From: an uncultured Chloroflexia bacterium
Lineage (GTDB): Bacteria > Chloroflexota > Anaerolineae > JAAYZQ01
Direction: 5' to 3'
DNA length: 64,000 bases
Assembly: GCA_963701775.1 (NCBI GenBank)
Contig: CAVPBH010000011.1
Location: forward strand, 94,367 to 158,366
Shown: positions 59,874-64,000 of the stretch, piece by piece
Layout: every line of letters begins with the position of its first letter
Position numbering within the stretch: position 1 is the stretch's first letter
Notes under the pieces: generated by a model
The model's input: only the letters and a program-made list of their open reading frames with translations
Databases searched by the model: none
What the model was told of the DNA's origin: nothing
Position numbers and translations under genes: made by a program

Positions 59874-60903
59874 ATGAGGGTTTTGATAACCGGCCAGGAA
59901 GGCTACCTCGGCTCCGTCATGGCACCGGTGCTGTTGGCGGCGGGGCACGAAGTGATGGGATTCGACACCTGCTTCTTCTTGGAGGAGCGCCAGTCGATGA
60001 GGGGCGAGTTCCCGCACATCCGCAAGGACATTCGTGATCTCATCCCACAGGACTTGGAGGGCTTTGACGCGGTGATCCACCTGGCCGCCCTGAGCAACGA
60101 TCCCATGGGCGAACTCAACCCGGAGCTTACCTACGAAATCAACCACCATGCCACGGTGCGCATGGCCCGGCTGGCCAAGAGCGCCGGGGTGGGGCGGTTT
60201 CTGTTGGCGTCCTCCTGCAGCGTCTATGGAGTGGCTGACCAGGAGGAGCGGGCCACGGAAGAGTCTCCCCTGCGGCCTTTCACTGCCTACGCCCGATCGA
60301 AGGTGCGCGCCGAGGAGGACCTGTCTGCACTGGCGGGCGATCGGTTCAGCCCGGTCATACTTGCGAAACGCGACCGCCTATGGCTGGTCGCCCCGTTTTC
60401 GAGCCGACTTGGTGGTGAACAACCTGGCATGCTGGGCATATGCTGCCGGCGAGATCCGCATCCTCAGCGACGGCACGCCATGGAGACCGGTGATCCACGT
60501 GCAGGATATCGCCTCAGCCTTTGCGGCTGTCCTGGCGGCTCCGCGGGAGGCCATTCACAACCAGGCTTTCAACGTGGGCGCCAACGCGGAGAACTACCAG
60601 GTGCGAGAGCTGGCCGAGATCGTGCAAGAAGCGTTCCCAGGGTGCAACGTGACCTACGCCGAAGACGGCGGTCCGGATCCGCGCAGCTACCGGGTGGATT
60701 TCCACAAGATCCAGCGCCACCTCCCCAGCCTCCGGCCGGCGTGGAACGCGCGCCGCGGGGCCGAAGAGCTGCGATCGGCATTCGAGAAGGTTGTCCTCAC
60801 CCGGGAGGATTTCACCGGGCCCAAGTACGTCCGGCTCGCCCGGCTAAAGGGCCTGTTGAGAGAGGGCCAGTTGGGCCCGGATTTGCGTTGGCTGTACGCC
60901 TGA
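59874..60903 (+). CDS. NAD-dependent sugar epimerase/dehydratase (SDR); frameshift near 60355
   Basis: MRVLITGQEGYLGSV..; YARSK catalytic motif. Continues in ORF 60148.. (NATAYGWSPRFRADLVVNNL..RPVIHVQD). Confidence 0.8.
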
Positions 60904-60929
60904 GGCTTTGTGGGAACTAGCGAGGGGAG

Positions 60930-61943
60930 ATGACAGGAACCTTTTGGCGTGACCGCCCCACCTTTGTGACTGGCGCCACCGGGCAGTTGGGCGGATGGCT
61001 GGTCAAGCGCCTGCTCGGGGCAGGGGCGGACGTAGTGTGCTTGGTGCGCGACTGGGTGCCACAGTGCGAGGTGGTGCGAGGCGGCCTTCTGGATCGCGTC
61101 AAGGCCGTGCGCGGGGATCTGCGCGACCAGGAGTTGATGCGACGGGCGTTGGGGGAATACGAGATCAACACCGTAATCCACCTGGCCGCCCAGAGTATCG
61201 TGGGGGTCGCCAATCGAGATCCGGTCAATACCCTCGACACCAACATCCGAGGCACATGGACCCTGCTCGAGGCGTGCCGCCTCACCCCCACCGTCAAGCA
61301 GGTGGTCATGGCTTCCACCGACAAGGTCTACGGCGACGTCGAAGAGCTGCCCTACACCGAAGAGATGCCCTTCTTGGCGCGCTATCCACACGATGTCAGC
61401 AAAGCCTGCGCGGAGATGGTCGCGCGATGCTATGCCGACACCTACGACCTACGCGTGGCCGTGACGAGGTTGCCCAACATCTATGGAGGCGGCGACCTAA
61501 ACTGGAACCGGATTGTCCCGGGCACGATCCGCTCGGTCTTCAAGAGCGAGCGGCCCGTTATCTTGTCTGACGGCAAGTTCATCCGCGACTATCTCTACGT
61601 GGAGGATGCCGTGACCGCGAACCTTCTCTTGGCGGAGCGGCTGGCGGAGACACCCGAGCTGCGCAGCCAAGCGTTCAACGTTTCCGGCGAGACCCCGTTG
61701 ACCGTGCTGGAACTTGTCGGGAAGATCATCCGGCTGATGGGCTCGGAGCTGGAGCCGGACGTGCAGAACAAGGCCCAGCAGCAGATCCTCAACCAGTATC
61801 TGAGCGCCGAAAAGGCGCACGAGCAGCTAGGATGGCATCCCCGGTACACTGTCGACCAAGGATTGCAGGCCACGATCGACTGGTACAGGTCATTCTTCGC
61901 CGGCCAAGGCTCAGAGAGAGTGGTAGCATGCGCGTGTTCATGA
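60930..61943 (+). CDS. rfbG: NAD-dependent 4,6-dehydratase; probably CDP-glucose 4,6-dehydratase, judged from context
   Basis: [21 protein letters not shown]-terminus, [32 protein letters not shown]. It lies close to rfbF. The RDYLYVED block is more generic SDR-like, so substrate assignment is tentative. Confidence 0.6.
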   Translation: MTGTFWRDRPTFVTGATGQLGGWLVKRLLGAGADVVCLVRDWVPQCEVVRGGLLDRVKAVRGDLRDQELMRRALGEYEINTVIHLAAQSIVGVANRDPVNTLDTNIRGTWTLLEACRLTPTVKQVVMASTDKVYGDVEELPYTEEMPFLARYPHDVSKACAEMVARCYADTYDLRVAVTRLPNIYGGGDLNWNRIVPGTIRSVFKSERPVILSDGKFIRDYLYVEDAVTANLLLAERLAETPELRSQAFNVSGETPLTVLELVGKIIRLMGSELEPDVQNKAQQQILNQYLSAEKAHEQLGWHPRYTVDQGLQATIDWYRSFFAGQGSERVVACACS

Positions 61944-62869
61944 CCGGTGCAGGCGGCTTCATCGGCTCGCACCTGGCCCGGCTCCTGGTACGAGACGGGT
62001 GTGAGGTGACAGTGCTGCTTCGCCCCGGGAGCGATCCCTGGCGCATTCGCGACCTCCTGCCCGCTCTGCACGTAGTCGCGGGCGACGTCCTGGAGCCCGG
62101 GGCAGCCTGGGCCCGGAGCCTGGAGTCGCTCCGCCCCGAGACCTGCATTCACTTCGCCTGGTGCACCGAGCCGGGCACCTTCCTCCACAGCGCGCAGAAC
62201 CTGCACTACGTGGCCGCGAGTATAGAACTGGCCACCCGGCTGGCCGGAGCAGGATGCCGCAGGCTGGTCATCGCCGGTAGCTTTTCCGAGTATGACCAGA
62301 GCCTGGGGTACCTGGCGGAGACGTCGGCGGTCCGGCCAAACACCCTGTACGGAGCGGCCAAGTCTGCCCTGTGCCAGGTTCTGACGCTGTGGGCGCCCGA
62401 GGCGGGGATCGAGCTGCTCTGGCCGCGCCTCTTTAGCGTCTACGGGCCGGGGGAGCACGAAAGGCGCTTCGTCCCGGCGGTGGTGACCGCAGCGCTGCGC
62501 GGCGAAGCGACCCGCCTGACGCCAGGCGAGCAGATGCGCGACTATCTGCACGTGGCCGATGCGGCCGGCGCGGTGTGGGCAGCGGCCCAGGCAGGCTTGA
62601 CGGGGCCGATCAACGTCGGCTCCGGCAGGCCGGTGGCGATCCGCGAGCTGGCCACGCGCATCGGGGCGTTTGTCGGGCGCCCGGAGCTGATCCGCCTGGG
62701 CGACCTGCCCTACCGGGAGGGCGACCCGATGTTTGTGTGCGCGAACACGCAGTTGCTGCAAAGAGCCACCGGCTGGACGCCGCATTTCGACCTGGAGGCC
62801 GGCCTGCGCGACACGATCGGCTGGTGGCAGGCGCACTTGCCGTCGAGAGCCCAGTTGCCAGGGCGTTGA
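61928..62869 (+). CDS. NAD-dependent sugar epimerase/reductase (SDR)
   Basis: [16 protein letters not shown]..; YGAAK catalytic motif. Intact; overlaps the upstream gene by 16 nt. Confidence 0.8.
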   Translation: MRVFMTGAGGFIGSHLARLLVRDGCEVTVLLRPGSDPWRIRDLLPALHVVAGDVLEPGAAWARSLESLRPETCIHFAWCTEPGTFLHSAQNLHYVAASIELATRLAGAGCRRLVIAGSFSEYDQSLGYLAETSAVRPNTLYGAAKSALCQVLTLWAPEAGIELLWPRLFSVYGPGEHERRFVPAVVTAALRGEATRLTPGEQMRDYLHVADAAGAVWAAAQAGLTGPINVGSGRPVAIRELATRIGAFVGRPELIRLGDLPYREGDPMFVCANTQLLQRATGWTPHFDLEAGLRDTIGWWQAHLPSRAQLPGR

Positions 62870-62914
62870 TGAAGAGCTTGTCAGAGTATGCCGACCCCAC
62901 AGGAGTGCCATCGA

Positions 62915-64000
62915 ATGCTCTTTGAGCTGGCGAGCATCGTTGTTGCTGCCCACATACTGATCACTTGGATCCACGCTGTCGTGCGGGGCGGCCGTGCCCG
63001 CCAGCAGATGGAGCGCACTCGCTGGCGTGTTCAACGGCTTCCGGCTTTCCGTTTTCGGAACAACTTCGAAACCGGCGGATCGGACATGGCAGAGGGGGAT
63101 GGCGAATCATCGAAGCCGCCCGTCTCGATCCTTGTACCCGCCTGGTGCGAGCGAGGAACGATTGAGAAGTGTATCCGCGCCTTGCAGTCGCTGGACTATC
63201 CCGCCTGGGAAGCGCTTATTCTGGCAGGGGGTTCGGACGGAACCTATGAAGTGGCCCGGCACCTGACCGCCGGCGATGTTCGGTTTCGGGTTCTCGAACG
63301 AGGGCCAGAGCCGAAGAATGCGGCTATTAACCGCGGAACCAAGGTTGCCAGAAGCGATATCCTGGTACTGCTGGATGCCGACAGCATGGTGGAGCCAGGC
63401 TGGCTATCAGCGCTGGTCGAGCCGTTGACTTCGGGGGCATCGGCGAGCATTGGCATGCATTTCCCATCCAAGATGACCTGGGTCAGCATGGGAGAGCATA
63501 TGGAGATTCTCCAAGCCTACGGCATTCTTGGGACCAGCCTGGGCCAAGGGTGCTCTTCCTTAGCTGTCCGGCGCCAAGTTCTCGAGCGCGTGGGCCCGCT
63601 TCCAGTTGGTGCATTCTCCTGGGAGGATGCGGACGTCGGCGTCAGGCTGGCAGAAGCCGGGGAGAAGGTGGCTTTTGCCGGAAATGCTCGCCTCCGCAAC
63701 GAGCGGCCGGCGAGCCTTGCGGAGTACTGGGCTACAGCGATCCGGGTCCACCGTGCTCACCTTGTCCTGCTGTGGAACTGGCGAAGCGCTTTGATCCGGC
63801 GGCCCAAGTGGATGTTGTTCGAGTGCTATTTCCACCTACTCAGCGCTGTCCTCTGTGTCGGTGCAGTGATTGGTCTTGGGATTGCTCTTGCTGTTCCAGC
63901 CTCGGCCGGAATGGTCGGCCAGATCATGGCACTGGTTGCCTTGTGGATCTTGGGGCGACGGGCAGCCTTGGGAGCAGAGATTGCGGCCTACACGCGGGAA
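62915..64000 (+). CDS. Membrane family-2 glycosyltransferase (processive-synthase-like); 3' end off the window
   Basis: AGGAG then ATG 62915, from my own translation. N-terminal TM LFELASIVVAAHILITWI. SILVPAWCE..LDADSMVEPGWL..SWEDADVGVR... Frame open to 64000. This ORF is absent from the ORF track because it has no stop in the window. Confidence 0.75.
   Translation, partial: MLFELASIVVAAHILITWIHAVVRGGRARQQMERTRWRVQRLPAFRFRNNFETGGSDMAEGDGESSKPPVSILVPAWCERGTIEKCIRALQSLDYPAWEALILAGGSDGTYEVARHLTAGDVRFRVLERGPEPKNAAINRGTKVARSDILVLLDADSMVEPGWLSALVEPLTSGASASIGMHFPSKMTWVSMGEHMEILQAYGILGTSLGQGCSSLAVRRQVLERVGPLPVGAFSWEDADVGVRLAEAGEKVAFAGNARLRNERPASLAEYWATAIRVHRAHLVLLWNWRSALIRRPKWMLFECYFHLLSAVLCVGAVIGLGIALAVPASAGMVGQIMALVALWILGRRAALGAEIAAYTRE

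Overview
This is a 64-kb, high-GC bacterial chromosomal segment. I infer it is Chloroflexota-like from the gene content, the hairpin repeat families and the lineage-type rpoB insertion; no search was run. I found no rRNA, tRNA, CRISPR array, transposase or integrase.

Gene content in order:
- 1-8.2 kb: an MBL hydrolase fragment and a badly frame-broken sugar-uptake and GH38 alpha-mannosidase locus.
- 8.2-19 kb: a URO-D-family protein, selA, murJ, a secreted PKD-domain protein, and rpoB. rpoB stands alone, with no rplJL or rpoC next to it.
- 19-22.8 kb: a scrambled stretch holding two non-collinear glycogen-debranching-enzyme fragments, a PD40 beta-propeller lipoprotein and two small orphan ORFs separated by a perfect 24-bp palindrome.
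- 22.8-26 kb: a 1069-aa secreted Fn3/FGE-sulfatase-domain protein.
- 26.8-30.4 kb: a radC / GTPase / cutA / pseudokinase operon.
- 30.4-37.5 kb: tatA, a Tat-exported flavoprotein with a multihaem cytochrome c, a GAF-kinase/NarL-type two-component pair, and def.
- 37.6-45.8 kb: a zinc-ribbon/WD40 protein, a coiled-coil/TM/Cys-rich protein, and a roughly 1890-codon DUF4062-like / NACHT-like / WD40 / zinc-ribbon STAND NTPase whose frame is broken many times.
- 45.8-55.5 kb: an MFS transporter, a DsrMK-like membrane Fe-S protein, and a nuoB-nuoCD-nuoI cluster running into PHP / Cys-rich / FAD-oxidoreductase genes.
- 55.8-64 kb: a glycosyltransferase and CDP-hexose polysaccharide cluster.

Main observations:
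- The STAND locus is the best candidate for an uncharacterised immune or signalling module.
- Frame disruptions concentrate in two islands (1-8.2 kb and 40-45.8 kb). Only single indels occur elsewhere, including in rpoB, selA and nuoCD.
- There are several families of structured intergenic repeats, plus a 45-nt inverted repeat pair 13.3 kb apart.
- Thirteen promoters are close to the TTGACA-17-TATAAT consensus.

All functional calls come from motif recognition in the supplied translations, not from database searches.
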